From assembly GCA_951406725.2 (NCBI GenBank), contig OX597832.1:17298001-17362000 (forward strand): 64,000 nt of DNA. The letters run 5' to 3'. Every line of letters starts with the position of its first letter. The stretch's first letter is position 1. Origin of the DNA: Octopus vulgaris (lineage: Eukaryota). A model generated the notes under the pieces. That model was not told the DNA's origin. It did no database searches and saw only the letters and a program-made list of their open reading frames with translations. The translations under genes and the position numbers were made by a program. This document shows, piece after piece, positions 13,231 to 28,097 of the stretch.

Positions 13231-13421
13231 ATATATATATGTATATATATATATACATATATGTATGTATATATATATATACATATGTATATTTGTGTGT
13301 GTGTGTTCTTCTGTGTCTGTATCTATTCCCTCTCTGTCTTCTCTCTCTCTCTCTGACTCTCTCTCTCTCTCTCTCATTCAGTCTGTGTGTATGTATATAT
13401 GTATGCATATATACATACATA

Positions 13422-13456
<35 letters not shown>

Positions 13457-13461
13457 TAAAC

Positions 13462-13519
<58 letters not shown>

Positions 13520-13778
13520 GTATTCATATGTATATATGTGTGTGTGTATATATATATATGTACATATGTATGTGTAAATATATATATATGCATATATGTA
13601 TATGTATGTATGTACGTATGTTTGTGTATATCTATGTCCAAGCGGACACAGGAATAAAAGACAGTGCTTCTAGTCATGATTTTACGTTTATGTGTGTGTT
13701 TGTTGCGTGCACATATATCTTTATACATACATATATTCATTTACACACACACACACACACAGACACACACGCTCTCTA

Positions 13779-13813
<35 letters not shown>

Positions 13814-13969
13814 CACACACATATGCATGTATAGACATATTTATATACATATATACCTATACGTTTGTACTAAAACGTCTTTGTACAAGAGTGTGATAGA
13901 GGAATAAAGAGAAAGAAATGTAAGCGAGAAACAGGTTAACAATGTGTGAGAGAGTAAGAGAGATTCTTG

Positions 13970-14027
<58 letters not shown>

Positions 14028-14132
14028 ATGTATGTGTATATTGCCTACAGAAAACACTGTCACTTCCCATTCTTGGAATGTTCTTGAAGACGTACATTTG
14101 TTCTGTATATACTTTATACTGCTGTTATTTAT

Positions 14133-14465
14133 AAAGTCGCATTACACAGTGGCATGAGCGTCCGGCTCACAATCATGACGTAGTGAGTTCGATTCCCGGA
14201 TCGGGTTGTGTGTTGTGTGTTGTGTTGTTGAACAAGGCGCTTTATTTCACGTTGCTCCAGTTCGCTCAGAACTGTAGAAATGAGTTGTGACGTCACTAGT
14301 GCCAAGCTGTATCGGACGTTGCCTTTCCCCTGGACAACATCAGTGGTGTGAAGAGAGTAAATTGGTTTGCATGGGCGACTGATAGACTTCTGTAAATAAT
14401 CTTGCCGGGACTTGTGCCTCGGATAGTGACTTTCATGGTTCTTCGTAACCGAAGGAGGTCTTTAC
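14133..14465 (+). mobile_element. SINE family B1, decayed copy
   Basis: Colinear with 32446-32784; B box gagttcgattccc. Confidence 0.85.
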
Positions 14466-14719
14466 CATTTTATTTTGTCGTTTATTTAAACCATTTATTG
14501 TTGATTTAGCTCTCCCATGCTTACAAGTTCTACAAAATGACCGACAGTCGTTGTTTTTGTGGTATATTCTATGAAGATTAGATTGACAAATGTAATAGAT
14601 TAGCTTTTCTGATTTTGGCACCGCGATTTGGCGAGAATTCGACTTCGATTTCTAGCAGTAATCTGTATGTGTGTGTGTATGTGTGCGCGCGCATGCTTCA
14701 ATCTCGAAATGTCATTTTA

Positions 14720-15285
14720 TTGGTTTGTCCGGAAAGTTCGTGCCGATTTATAGTAGCTTACATTTCGACATATTTTAGAACATGGTTAAGTCCATAAAAT
14801 AGGATTTGGCTACATCTCCTTTTAGAGTATAGTTTAAGCTATCTTTTCGTGGAAGAAGGTTTATGTTCCTATAACCTGTGTTAATTCTGTAACCCTTTAC
14901 AATGGACGATAAGAAAGTTCATTTTCGGCACTTGATGCTTTGGGAACCAGACAAAAATTGTTGCAGCTCGCCTGGGATGTGTTATCCCACCCTACATATT
15001 CACCAGATATTGCTCCTTCGGATTTCCACTCATTCAGGCCTCTGCAGAATAGTCTTAATGGTAAAAATTTCAATTCCTAGGATGATGTAAAAAGACACCT
15101 TGATGAACTCTTTGCCATGAATACACCTCAATTCTGGGAAGAGGGTATTTTCAAGTGAAAGAAAAGAGGGAGACGCATTGTGCAACAAAGTGCTTCATAT
15201 TTGGTTGATTAAAAATGCAATGGCAGATATTAATTGACCTTTTTCTTTCCTTTAAAAATTGGCACGAACTTTCCGGACAACCCAA
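14720..15285 (+). mobile_element. Internally deleted mariner (non-autonomous, ~566 bp)
   Basis: TIRs ttggtttgtccggaaagttcgtgccgattt / aattggcacgaactttccggacaacccaa; MDDKKVHFRHLMLWE joined to AWDVL...YSPDIAPSDFH. Confidence 0.9.
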
Positions 15286-16523
15286 TTTTTTACGCTTCTT
15301 CATTTCGACTCAACAAAATGCCTTCTCTGTAACCGTCACATTGTTCCTGTTCTTGATGTTTCTTGTTCTGCTCATTCCTGTTATGCTCATGGTTTCATAG
15401 TTCTTACCAATGCAACAACCAGCGCATCTTTAATTCACTACATCCATTCTCATTTATCTTGTTCTTCATCCCCTTCTGCATCTGTCCTTTACAAACTTGT
15501 GGTACTTCACTCATCTCCTCGCTTGCTTCACCTCGTCCTCTTCTCTCAAAGTAACATTATAAAGAATTTTGTCCTGCACTCTAATTATACTAGAGTTCAC
15601 TTCTTAGAAAATTTCGTCATTTATTTATTCAACACTTCAAAAATCAACATTATATCAGTAACAAACATCCAATGTGATCAATTGCACGGGCGAACAATTT
15701 TAAACGTAATTTCTGTTGAGTTTGCTATCTCACATCCTTTAGACTAAAATTGGTTGAGTTCAAAACTATATTCAGTTTTGTTCTATCACCTCAGGTTTAT
15801 TATTATTATACAGCTTACACTCTGTGTAAGCTGCATAATAGTACTTTACTTTATAATTTACTTTAAATATATTGAGAAATTATTTTCAACGTTATGAAAG
15901 CTTTCTACATTGGTTAGTATTTTAAGAAGCCAAATCTATCCTTAGAAATAAAGACAATACCGGAAATATTTTTAAAAATGGACGTCTAAATTTGTGAAAG
16001 ATTTTGACGTGATACAACAAAATGGCCGTCATTTTTTAAATCGGCACTCGAAATTTACTTGGAAATCAGCACTCGAAATATACTTGGAAAAAATGTCTCC
16101 GACAGCAGACGATAAGGTCCATGTTCCTCAGCGTTATATATAGTTCGTACCTTCAATTAAGTAACCTTATCCATACATTAGAAATTCGCATTATTATTCC
16201 TCACTTCCACTTGGGGGTCTTCAATTCTGAGGGAACTATCACACATAAATGTATAATGTTTGTCACTGCCCTATTTGTCATTCGTCTGATTTACTTTGTT
16301 GTTGTTGATGATGATGATGATGATTATCTTATTTGTATGCAATGTCTTCTTAATATTTCAAGCAGTCCAGTCACTTGATGGTAAATTGGCTGTTGTTACT
16401 TGAATGTCGAGTAATGACGCAACAGATTACATATCAGATAGCTATCGCTGTTTTTTTAACCCCCGGTCAGCCTGGATCCCTTACACCTTTATTGAAATAT
16501 ATCTTAGTTTTGATCACTAACCT

Positions 16524-16663
16524 AGGCGTAGCTGTGTGGTAGGAGGCTTACTTCTCAACCAAATGGTTCCGGGTTCAGTCACACTGCGTGGTACCTTGGG
16601 CAAGTCTTTTCTACAAGTAATTGTCAGTGGATTTGGTAAACTGAAACTGAAAGAAGCCCCGTC
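16524..16663 (+). mobile_element. SINE family A, 5' half
   Basis: ggttccgggttcagtc...ccttgggcaagt...aactgaaagaagccc. Confidence 0.8.
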
Positions 16664-16721
<58 letters not shown>

Positions 16722-17281
16722 AGTGTGTGTGAGAAAGGTTGTGTTCAATTAGAACGTTTTTGCATTGGGATGGGGTCCAATGTTAGATTTCAAATAAAGA
16801 TTCTTTATATTAAAATTGTAGCTTACTAATGTATTTATTTAAAATATATATAAATTTAACAAGTAAAAGGTGTGTTATGAGCATTTATAGAATATAATCC
16901 TATATAAACTCAACTAAGAATTAAAGATGGAGAGGGGAAGATGTTAATGGCTTTATAAAAATTTAATCCATTCATACGATCGTTTCAAATGATAACACCA
17001 ACATGTAAGAAATATGGAAAAAATTAAATTAACTATAATTATAATTAAATCAAATTAGATTAATTACGTATTACCATTCTCCATAGTGCAAAAGGTGGAG
17101 AAAACATCAGGAAAGGTAGTAACAGAAGAATATTACAGGAGACCACATTGAGTCTGTGTCGCATAACTCAATCGGATATTCATAAATTGATTGTGAAAGA
17201 ACATCCCCAGTACTACGTAACCATGTTATTATATTTCATCTTATATATATGCATATATGTATGTGTGCGTGCGTGTGTATG

Positions 17282-17323
<42 letters not shown>

Positions 17324-17427
17324 TGTGTGAGTGTGTGTGTGTTTAAAATGAAATAATGAGGGTAGAAATTAATATTAATCAATTAGTGGCTTAGCATACT
17401 TAAAAAAAAATCCGAAGATTAAAATTT

Positions 17428-17582
17428 GTGGCTGTGTGGTAAGTAGCTTGTTTACAACCACATGGTTCCGGGTTCAGTCCCACTGCGTGGCACCTTGGGC
17501 AAGTGTCTTCTATTATAGCCTCGGGCCGACCAAAATCTTGTGAGTGGATTTGGTAGACGGAAACTGAAAGAAGCCCGTCGTA

Positions 17583-17628
<46 letters not shown>

Positions 17629-17836
17629 CGTGTGTGTGTATGTGTGTCTGTGTTTGTCCCCCTAGCATTGCTTGACAACCGATGCTGGTGTGTTTATGTC
17701 CCCGTTAGTTAGTGGTTCGGCAAAAGAGACCGATAGAATAAGTACTGGGCTTACAAAAAGAATAAGTCCCGGGGTCGAGTTGCTCGATTAAAGGCGGTGC
17801 TCCAGCATGGCCACAGTCTGAAACAAGTAAAAGAGT
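17428..17836 (+). mobile_element. SINE family A (tRNA head, CORE-like segment, internal microsatellite), near full length
   Basis: A/B-box-like gtggctgtgtggtaag and gggttcagtccc; ccttgggcaagtgtctt resembles the CORE domain; more than ten related copies in the window. Confidence 0.9.
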
Positions 17837-18768
17837 ATACAAAATTGAGAGGAATGACCACTAAAGTGGACTCCTAATATGCTAAATATAGACGTGAAAT
17901 CGCTAGTACCACGCAGAGTGTGTTCTTAAGAAAAAATTTCAGCAAAATGCAAAAATGTAAAAATGAGAAAGACAAATGAAAATATATGGAATAAAAAACG
18001 AATGCCTACGTATAATGGTTTCACTTGTTAATATTTACGTATGTAAATATCTGCAAGATCATCAACGTAGTGGTTGTAGTGGTGTCGTGGTTGATGTGAT
18101 GGAGGTAGTGGTTGTGCTTGTGGTGTTGGTTGTACTGTTGAGAGTGCAACCAGTGTAGATGGTTGCTGTGTCTTGTGGTTCTTTTGTTCTTCTCATCATA
18201 GCTATCATCAACTTTAATCCTCCCCATCTTCATCATCATCATCACCATCGGCGCCATCTTCGTCATGTCTGTTTCCGTTCCCATTATTATGATAATGAAT
18301 TCATTTTCTCTTGTTGCAGTTACTGCTGCTGTTGCTGTGATGGTATGGCGATTGTAGTGTTATGTTTGTAATTTTTGTAGTTGTTGTTGCCGGTATATAT
18401 ATTGTTAGTATTTTAAGATTTTTATTGATGTTGTTGGTGTTGTGGAAGACGCTGTAAACCCATGTGCTTATCTTAGCTGACGTTGCTGACGTCGGTCGCC
18501 ATCTTTACGTCTTCTGTGATTTCTGTTCTTAACGTAGCTCTTACAATTATTATTAGTATTTTCCTCCGATGTCTGCCATATTCACTCTCTACATCTGTCT
18601 GTCTGTTTGTCTGATTTTCTCTCGCACTCTCTTTCAGTTTCCTTGTAAGTCCTTTTTAGATTCACTCCCTTTCTCCATCTTTCCCATCCCCATCTCGTGT
18701 CTGTATTTCTCTCTGTGCCTCTGACTTTCTCTATGTCTCTCTGACTCTCTCTCTCTCTCTCTTTTTAT

Positions 18769-18833
<65 letters not shown>

Positions 18834-18884
18834 ATATATCTGTCTGTCTATCTTTCTATCCAGCCGTCTCTCTCTCTGCCTCTG

Positions 18885-18953
<69 letters not shown>

Positions 18954-19039
18954 ATATCTATCTATCTATCTATCTATTTATCTATCTGTCCATCTATTTG
19001 TCTGCCTGTCTCTCTATCTATTTGTCTACCTGCATGTCA

Positions 19040-19075
<36 letters not shown>

Positions 19076-19123
19076 ATCTATCTATCAATCGATCCGTCTT
19101 TCTGTCTGTCAATCTATCCAGAC

Positions 19124-19243
<120 letters not shown>

Positions 19244-19364
19244 GTCTATCTCTTAGCGTAAATTCTTAGCATTTCTCCTTCTAACTCCCATTTACTATCT
19301 CTGACCTTCTAAGTCTGTCTCTTTCTGTATCTGTCTGTCTATCCCTCTCTCTCTCTCTTTCTCT

Positions 19365-19406
<42 letters not shown>

Positions 19407-19884
19407 GCTCGTTCTTACAGTCTGGCTCCCCTTTTTCATCTCTCTCCATCCCCTTTTCCTGTCTGTTAGTTTCATTGTCTGCCTGTCTCTCTGTCTGTCT
19501 GTCTGTCTGTCTCACTGTCTCACTGTCTCTGTCTATTTCTCTCCCTCTCTTTCTCTCTCTCTCTCTCTCTTTATCTCTCTCTGTCCTTCGATGCCATGAC
19601 CCATGCTACTTTATTTCGGTATGATTCCGGTCTTCCAACGGAGTCTTGAATAATTTCGACTTCATTATTTCCCGGAATTCTTCACTTTAATGCCTTTTCT
19701 AACACATTTATTTTAATTATTGCAAATTTCATACTATTTTATTTTTAATGTTTTCGTTTCATTTACATTTTTCCCTTCATTTTGAAACTTAGGTGCTTAT
19801 ATATATATTTTTTCATTTCTATAATATTATAGTTTTTATTAATATTTTATTCATTGAATATTTTTTGCTTGTGATTTCAAGTCT

Positions 19885-20350
19885 TGTTTTTGTTGTTGTT
19901 GTTGTTGTTGTTGTTGTTCTTCTTCTTCTTCTTCTTCTTCTTCTTCTTCTTCTTCTTCTTCTTCTTCTTCTTCTTCCTTTTCTTCTTCTTCTTCTTCTTC
20001 TTCTTCTTCTTCTTCTTCATTTTCTTCTTTGTCTTCTTCTTCCTCGTCTTCCTCTTCTTTGTCTTCTTCCTCTTCTTCCTTTTCTTCTTCTTCTTCTTCT
20101 CCTTCTACTTCTCCTTCTTCCCTTTCTTCTTTTCTTCTTCTTCTCCTTCTTCTTCTTCTTCCCTCTCTTCTTTTCTTCTTCTTCTTCTTCTTCTTCTTCT
20201 TCTCCCTCCTCCTCCTCCTCCTTCTCCCTCTACTCTTCTTATTATATATAATAATAATAACAGCAGCAACAACAACAATAATAATGATAATTATTATTAT
20301 TGTTACTATAATTGTTGTTGTTGTTGCTCTTTCTATTATCGTTGTTGTCG
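19885..20350 (+). repeat. Compound (GTT)n-(CTT)n-(CCT)n-(AAT)n trinucleotide region
   Basis: Direct inspection. Confidence 0.95.
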
Positions 20351-20489
20351 TTGTTGTTACAGTTATATTTCATTAATTATTATTTATATTTTCTTTCATC
20401 ATTTTTAAAAATAATTTTCCTTTTCCCCTAGTCTTCTCTCGAGTCACTTTATATCTCTGGCTGTAATAATTATCATCATTGCCTGACGG

Positions 20490-20538
20490 TTTTTATCATC
20501 ATCAACATCATCATCGTCGTTGGCGTCATCGTCACCAT

Positions 20539-20578
<40 letters not shown>

Positions 20579-20585
20579 ATCATCG

Positions 20586-20631
<46 letters not shown>

Positions 20632-20653
20632 TATCATCATTACCATCACCACT

Positions 20654-20686
<33 letters not shown>

Positions 20687-20765
20687 GTCGTCGTTATCGT
20701 CGTCATCGTCGTCATCGTCATCATCATCATCGTCATCATCATCATCATCATTATCATCATCATCG

Positions 20766-20801
<36 letters not shown>

Positions 20802-20870
20802 CCATCTTCATCCTCCTCCTCCTCCTCATCATCATCATCGTCGTCGTCGTTGTCGTCGTCGTAGTCGTTG
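20490..20870 (+). repeat. (TCA/TCG)n trinucleotide array
   Basis: Direct inspection; gives the poly-H and poly-S ORFs. Confidence 0.95.
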
Positions 20871-21123
20871 CTGTTGGCGTTTTGTCATTGTCTTTGTCAC
20901 GGTCACCGTCATAATCGTCATCAACAACAACAAGAATGATAACAATATTAAAACAATAAATATAATTCTTACTAATTTCCGCACAAAGATAGCAATTTTG
21001 ATGGGAGGGTCAAATCAATACCATCGAACCCTCTACTGCTCTAATAATTTTAATTTATTGACCGCAAAAGAATGAAAGGCAAATTAGACACCTTGGGATT
21101 TTAACACAGACCGTAAGGAATCC

Positions 21124-21188
<65 letters not shown>

Positions 21189-21202
21189 TAATAATAATAA
21201 TA

Positions 21203-21718
21203 GTGAATTTATATATATGTCACAAGGGCGAAGGATGAGGTGAGGAGTACAGTCACAGACATGGGCTACTGCAAATATTCTGCTCAAAACCACAAATTTG
21301 CTTGTCATTTGCTTGGCTTTAACTAGTTGAGCAGGTCCTTTAGTGGCTGACGATATGTGCATCTCTGATCACGAGCAAAAGTAGTGGGGGAACATCATGG
21401 CCATATGCTGAGAAGAAGTCTTTGAGATTTGCATAATTCACCTCTGGGAACGTAGGTGTTTCGTTCAACATCATTAAATAATGCTTATTCAGGGACCTTT
21501 TAAGCAGAATCGTCTACATGACTTGAAAGACATTTTTTTCTGGGCCCTTCCTACAAGGTCATGTGCTCTTTACCTTTCTGTGAGATCACCATGTTGCGCA
21601 CAAATGCTTGTGGTTCATGTGCCTGGTGTACCCTTATCAGCCGCGGGTACTGATAATGGGTTTATTGGGCTTCGTATATTTGTACTCCAGCGGCACTTTC
21701 ATGGCTACTCTCTCACTC
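21203..21718 (+). mobile_element. 5'-truncated RLE (R4/Dong-like) retrotransposon family 2: ORF end plus 3' UTR
   Basis: 21244-21291 translates GVQSQTWATANILLKT, similar to EVQKIVLMGTAHILRKI at the end of ORF 39606-40721; the remainder is colinear with 39109-39525 and shares the 3' end ctctctcactc; preceded by (AAT)n. Confidence 0.65.
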
Positions 21719-21781
21719 TATGATGATGATGAGGAGGAGGAGGAGGAAGAGGAGGATGATGAAGATGATGATGATAATAAA

Positions 21782-21934
<153 letters not shown>

Positions 21935-22010
21935 AAGAAAAACAACAACAACAACAACTACAACAGCAACAACAACAACAACAACAATAATAATAATAAT
22001 AATAATAATA

Positions 22011-22421
22011 GTCCTTTCTACTATAGGCACAAGGTCTGAAATTTGATGGGAGGGGACTTGTGGTTTACATCGACCCAGCGCTCAACCGTTTCTTAATTTA
22101 TTGACTCCGAAATTTTGAAAGAAAATATCAATGTCAGCAGAATTCGAACTCAGAATGTAAAGGCGGACGAAATACCGCTGAGCATTTTACCCGGTGTGCA
22201 AACGATTCTACCAGTTCGTCGCCTTAAGACTAATCTTGGCTTCAAAGTTTGTCTCAGGGCTAGAAATTTCGCCCCCAGTGTTCAATTAGTATTTTATTGT
22301 TCTCCGAAAGACGAAAGACGAAAGACGAAAGACAGCTTCAATAGAGTTTGAACTCAGAAGGTGAAGCCGGAAGACATGCAGCTAACCGTTTTGTCCAGTG
22401 GTGTAACGTTTCAGCCAGCTG
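22011..22421 (-). mobile_element. SINE family C, two adjacent decayed copies
   Basis: Both contain gaactcagaa and the head-region match to 41163-41397. Confidence 0.75.
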
Positions 22422-22961
22422 ACAGTTTTTGATACCGGCTCATGACAATGTGGACATTTAAACATATATGGATACGTTTACACACATAAACAGTCCCACA
22501 CGCAACCACTTAACTTATATAACAAAAATGTATTCATATATGAGAACACATCAGGCCTCTCTCACGCTTTCTCACTATGCATATATATATATATATATAT
22601 ATACATATATATATACATGCATACATACATATCGACACAAACGTGCATACAGACACAATCACATGCACATACATACACACACGCATACATACATATATAT
22701 ACACGCATACATATGTATATGTAAATATATATATGCAGAGAGAGAGGGGAATACAGCGAGACAGAGAAAAATAGATAGATAGGAAGATTGGTAAATAGTG
22801 GATAGATAGACAGAGAATATAGATATTTATATTTTTATATACACACATATATGCATACAGCCCCCCCCCATAAACATACACACATATGTATATATAGATA
22901 GATAAATAGATATATATATATACATATATACACACAAACCCACCTACATACCTATACACAT

Positions 22962-23007
<46 letters not shown>

Positions 23008-23764
23008 GTATACATACGTATGCATTCATACATACATACATCATAAACACATATTTATGTGTGTACACAGCACGTCATATGAAGCATTAAAACATTAAAA
23101 AAAATCACACATTATCTTAAATAAATAAATAAAAATACTAAAATGGCGGCACACAATACGCAAATAAGCAAGTAACATCAGACTAAAAGTACGAAAGGAA
23201 TAATATAAATGGTAGGATGATATAAAAATAGAAATTAAAAAACTAATAATGAAAATATATATATATATATATATATACATATAAAATCACCTAGATGAAG
23301 AATGAACGAATGAGAGAATGATAAAAACCAAGGGAAAGAATAACAATTGAAAGAATTTCACAAGAAAGACAACGAATAAAATAATAAAAATAATAATAGT
23401 CTTTCTACTTCACAAGGTCCTTAAAATATACACTTTGAAAGTTCTTTAGACTAAAACTTAACTAATAAAATATATTTTTCTCGGAAGAAGGCGAGACTTA
23501 AATGTAAAGGCGGACAAGATGCTGGCATTATTCAGAATATACATATAATGCACTATATTTCTCACAGCTCTATATTTATCTACATAATTATGTATAAATG
23601 CATATATGTGTACACACAAACACACACACAAACAAGTACACATATATATGCATATATGTACATATGTGTTTATATGTGTGCATGAAGCCATCTCCTGCTG
23701 TTTAAGTAACACTCTTAAATGGACGATCAATTTTCCTTTTACTCTCACTGTCATACATCCACAT

Positions 23765-23786
23765 ATACTATCTATCTATATCTATA

Positions 23787-23818
<32 letters not shown>

Positions 23819-23867
23819 ATCTATCTATCATATCTATCTATCCTCTCCACGATTCTCACTATCTATC

Positions 23868-23962
<95 letters not shown>

Positions 23963-23974
23963 ATATGTAAACTA

Positions 23975-24008
<34 letters not shown>

Positions 24009-24183
24009 ATAGATAAAAATCATACAGAATCCCCCCAACTGATAAATCCACTTAACTAATGACCAAGATATATCGGTTTTACATCGGATATCGAATCGAT
24101 CGATCTATCTATCTATCTATCTATCTATTATCTATCTATATATCTATCTATATTATCTATCACATCTATCCATCTAATCTATA

Positions 24184-24216
<33 letters not shown>

Positions 24217-24341
24217 GTATCTATCTATCTATCTATCTATCTATCTGATCTATATATATCTATCTATCTATCTATCTATCTATCATGATCTGTCTATGTT
24301 TATCTATCTATCTATCTATTCTATCTATCTATCTGTATCTA

Positions 24342-24372
<31 letters not shown>

Positions 24373-24375
24373 GCA

Positions 24376-24421
<46 letters not shown>

Positions 24422-24600
24422 GTACCTATCTATCTATCTACCTACCTATCTATCTATCTATCATACTATGTAATCTGACTGGTTATCATAAGCTATACCT
24501 ACATTTATGCATACCTGTGTGTTTGTGTGACGAATCTATCTACCTAACCATACTTACTAATAGTTACTATCTTCATCTATCCTATCTATCTATCTAGAAT
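23765..24600 (+). repeat. Degenerate (ATCT)n region
   Basis: Indel-rich ATCT array. Confidence 0.85.
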
Positions 24601-27513
24601 ACAATGTATTATCTATACTGTTATTATACTAGTTAGTACTATTTTATGTCAAAAAATTCACAAATTTCATACTTACAATTTAATATCTATGTTTTTAATA
24701 GATATTCATAAATTGTTAAAGAATCTAATTTCGAATCTATTTTGGACGTTGTATGTATTGATTTCATAACCAATTTCACACACCAGTTGTCGGGTAGAAA
24801 TTCAGGCCAAAAACCAAAGTAAAACAATACATAAATTAGTGAATAAAAATACATATTTCAAAGACAATATTTCATAATAGTCTAACAAAAAACATGTACA
24901 TATATAATCATATTAATATAAACATATTACACTCAGTCCCTCACCTTCCGCTTATCTCGTTTTGATGAAGATTTCAACACACTGCATATATTCGAATTAG
25001 CTTTTTCAGGTGTACTTTTCACTAGATATAGAACATTAAACACGTCATATATACGTATGTGTGTTGACATTCTTGTTACTTCTTCAGTGAAGAATCTTGA
25101 TATTTAAATGGTTTCAGTTATTAGTTTTACGCTCTAGTACTCCTAAAATAACATTGCTGAAATAATGACGAGCTGTCTAATGCAAATGTATTTAAATTAG
25201 ATTATTACTAATGTATTAGTGTAACATATGAAAGTAGTTGAAAATTATTCGCTGCCGAATGAAACCTGTTATGCCTTCTCTGAGGAACAGTCAACAAAAT
25301 GTAAAATTCTCCGCCTGGAGACTCTCCCTCACTTTTACCATACATCAATAATATACAGAGAACGTGGTTTCCTTTTATTTAATCGACATTCAAACTTTCT
25401 AATATTTAAGTTTATTTTTGTCTCTGATTTCAATTTTATGCCTTAAATAGGTCTACTCATACGTTTTGTGTTTGTATATGCGTGTATATGTGAGGTGGTG
25501 GTGCGAATTGTGCATTTAAATTTCTTGCCTTGACCCCTTTCTTTCTTCCTCATTTTTCTATCTCACTCATAATTTGTGATATACGGATTTGTTCAGAAGA
25601 GAAACTGATCTTTAAACCGGCACACCTACCAATTAGCGTAACATGCTTTTAACTATAAAGCTATATTTGAATAGTGATAAAATAAGAACAAAATATCTTA
25701 AGATGTCTTATGTCTTTTTGTTTTAAAAAATAAGTGTTTTGAAGAGAAATAGTTATAAACTTTTCAAAAAGTTATGAAATCTATACTTTTGGCATCTTAC
25801 TTAACTTAGAGATGTGAAAAATATATATATATAAATATATAAATATAAAAATAAAATGATCTACGACAACTTTATGAATGTATGACATACCTGCACCTAT
25901 ACATAAATTTAATTTTTACATTTGAATAAAAAAAAATGAACATATCTTGTTCTGCATTATATATGTATCGAACTATAGTCATAGAAGTTCTATATGTTCC
26001 GATGCTGATGAAAACTCCCTGAAATATATTATAACAATGGAGAATACAATGTATTATAACATGGAGGATAAATATATATATAATATATATATATTATATA
26101 TTATGTATTTTAGAAGATAAGTTTGCGAACAAAATTCAGCATAGATTTTTCAATATGCGTTGAAAACAAGGAAAAAAAAAAAAAGTGTTTTATCAATGGA
26201 AGAGGAAGACTATTTCGAAGAAAATTGTGGTTAAATTGTTAAAGAAGTCGTCAATTTATTTTCTGAAGGAGTTCCATTCCATTTTGGACAGTCCTCGTAT
26301 ATATCTCTCTGCCATTTCATAACCGCACATTTCACTGTCACCACCACGTATGTGAAATAAGCTAAGCATCAATAACAAAGTTCAGTAAAATAAATAAACA
26401 CCAAAGTAAAAAAAATACATAATAAGTGAATAAAAATAAAAATAAAATAAAGTAACAAAGACAATAAAATAACATATGAAAAATAAATAAAAACATGAAA
26501 TACAAAAAAATATATACAACTATTAATATAAAATAATAATAAATGTTCACCATTCCCAGCACCATTATATTCTAAAGACGAGAAGTTTTAGGAATGAAGC
26601 CAAAATGTTCAATCAAACTCACTTCACTTCCGTTCGTAATTAGCTTTTTCAGGTGTTTATTTTCTTTTCACTTTTTTTTTTTCCAACTCTAAATCAATAA
26701 ACTCTTCATGTTTTATTTCTTTATATCAGCCGCTGAATTCATTGCATTGTCGCACTAAATTGTTGCAATATCTTCTCTTTGTCAACATCTGTTTTTATTT
26801 ACATTTACTTTCACTTTCACTTTAGCTTACATTAGTTATTGCTTTATCTATCTTGTTGTTGTGTTTTTATATTAGTTAATGTTTCATTCCTTTGCTTTTC
26901 TTTATTATTTTAGTCTATTTCATTTTTTTTTTGTTGCTATTTTAATATTTTATTTCTTTGGATTTCTTGTTATATTTTCCAATTTTATTTTACATATGGG
27001 TTTTTTCCCCACCATTTTGCGTTTTTTTTTATAGATAATACTCACTAATATCTACTCTAATTTTTAAAAATATTTCTGTGTACACATGTATTTTTTCGTC
27101 TAAATTTATGTGTATGTGTGTGTGTCCATGTATTTTTTCCTCGTTTTATATAAATGTATGTATGCATCTATGTATCTGCGTATGGACTCATGTGTGTACG
27201 TGTGTATGTGTGTGTGTGTGTGTGTGTGTGCATATGCCGTTGTGTGTTTATTTGAATTATCATTTATGTTTACGTATGAACATATTGAAATGTGTGTATT
27301 TCCTTCTCTGTCCCATTTTATGTTAAGAGAGAGATGGGGGGAGTAAGTGAGTGCATGTCTCTGTGTATGTGAGTGTGTATGTAGTCTAATTTCGCCGCTT
27401 CTGCCTTCCTTGATTATAGAAATAAGCATTCTCATGAATGTATACACACATACACACACGCACACACACACACGTGTGCTTACATAGATGCATACAAATA
27501 CATTGTCCAGTAT

Positions 27514-27546
<33 letters not shown>

Positions 27547-27688
27547 TGTGTGCATATATACATAAATACATTAATAACTATATCCATACATACACTTATG
27601 CAAACTACCATCCACCCATCCACCCATCTATCCATGCATCCATCCATCCATCCATCCATCCATCTATCCATGTATGTATGTATGTATG

Positions 27689-27751
<63 letters not shown>

Positions 27752-27975
27752 ACATACATACATACATTTATGAATGTATGTACATACATTCATAAAAGCA
27801 TACAAACACATACATAAATTTAATTACCTTTACATCGCTATGAACATACACAGACAAAACATGCACACATATGTATGTATGAGCGTATGTATATGTGTGT
27901 GTATGTATGTATGTAACTATATCTATCTACAATTCTATCTATGTATCCATCTATATTTATACACACACATATACC

Positions 27976-28010
<35 letters not shown>

Positions 28011-28036
28011 GTATATGTGCATATACATATGTATGT

Positions 28037-28097
<61 letters not shown>

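Noticed and set aside
23765-24600. Higher-order structure in the irregular ATCT array
   Set aside because: The indel pattern is equally consistent with poorly polished long-read sequence.
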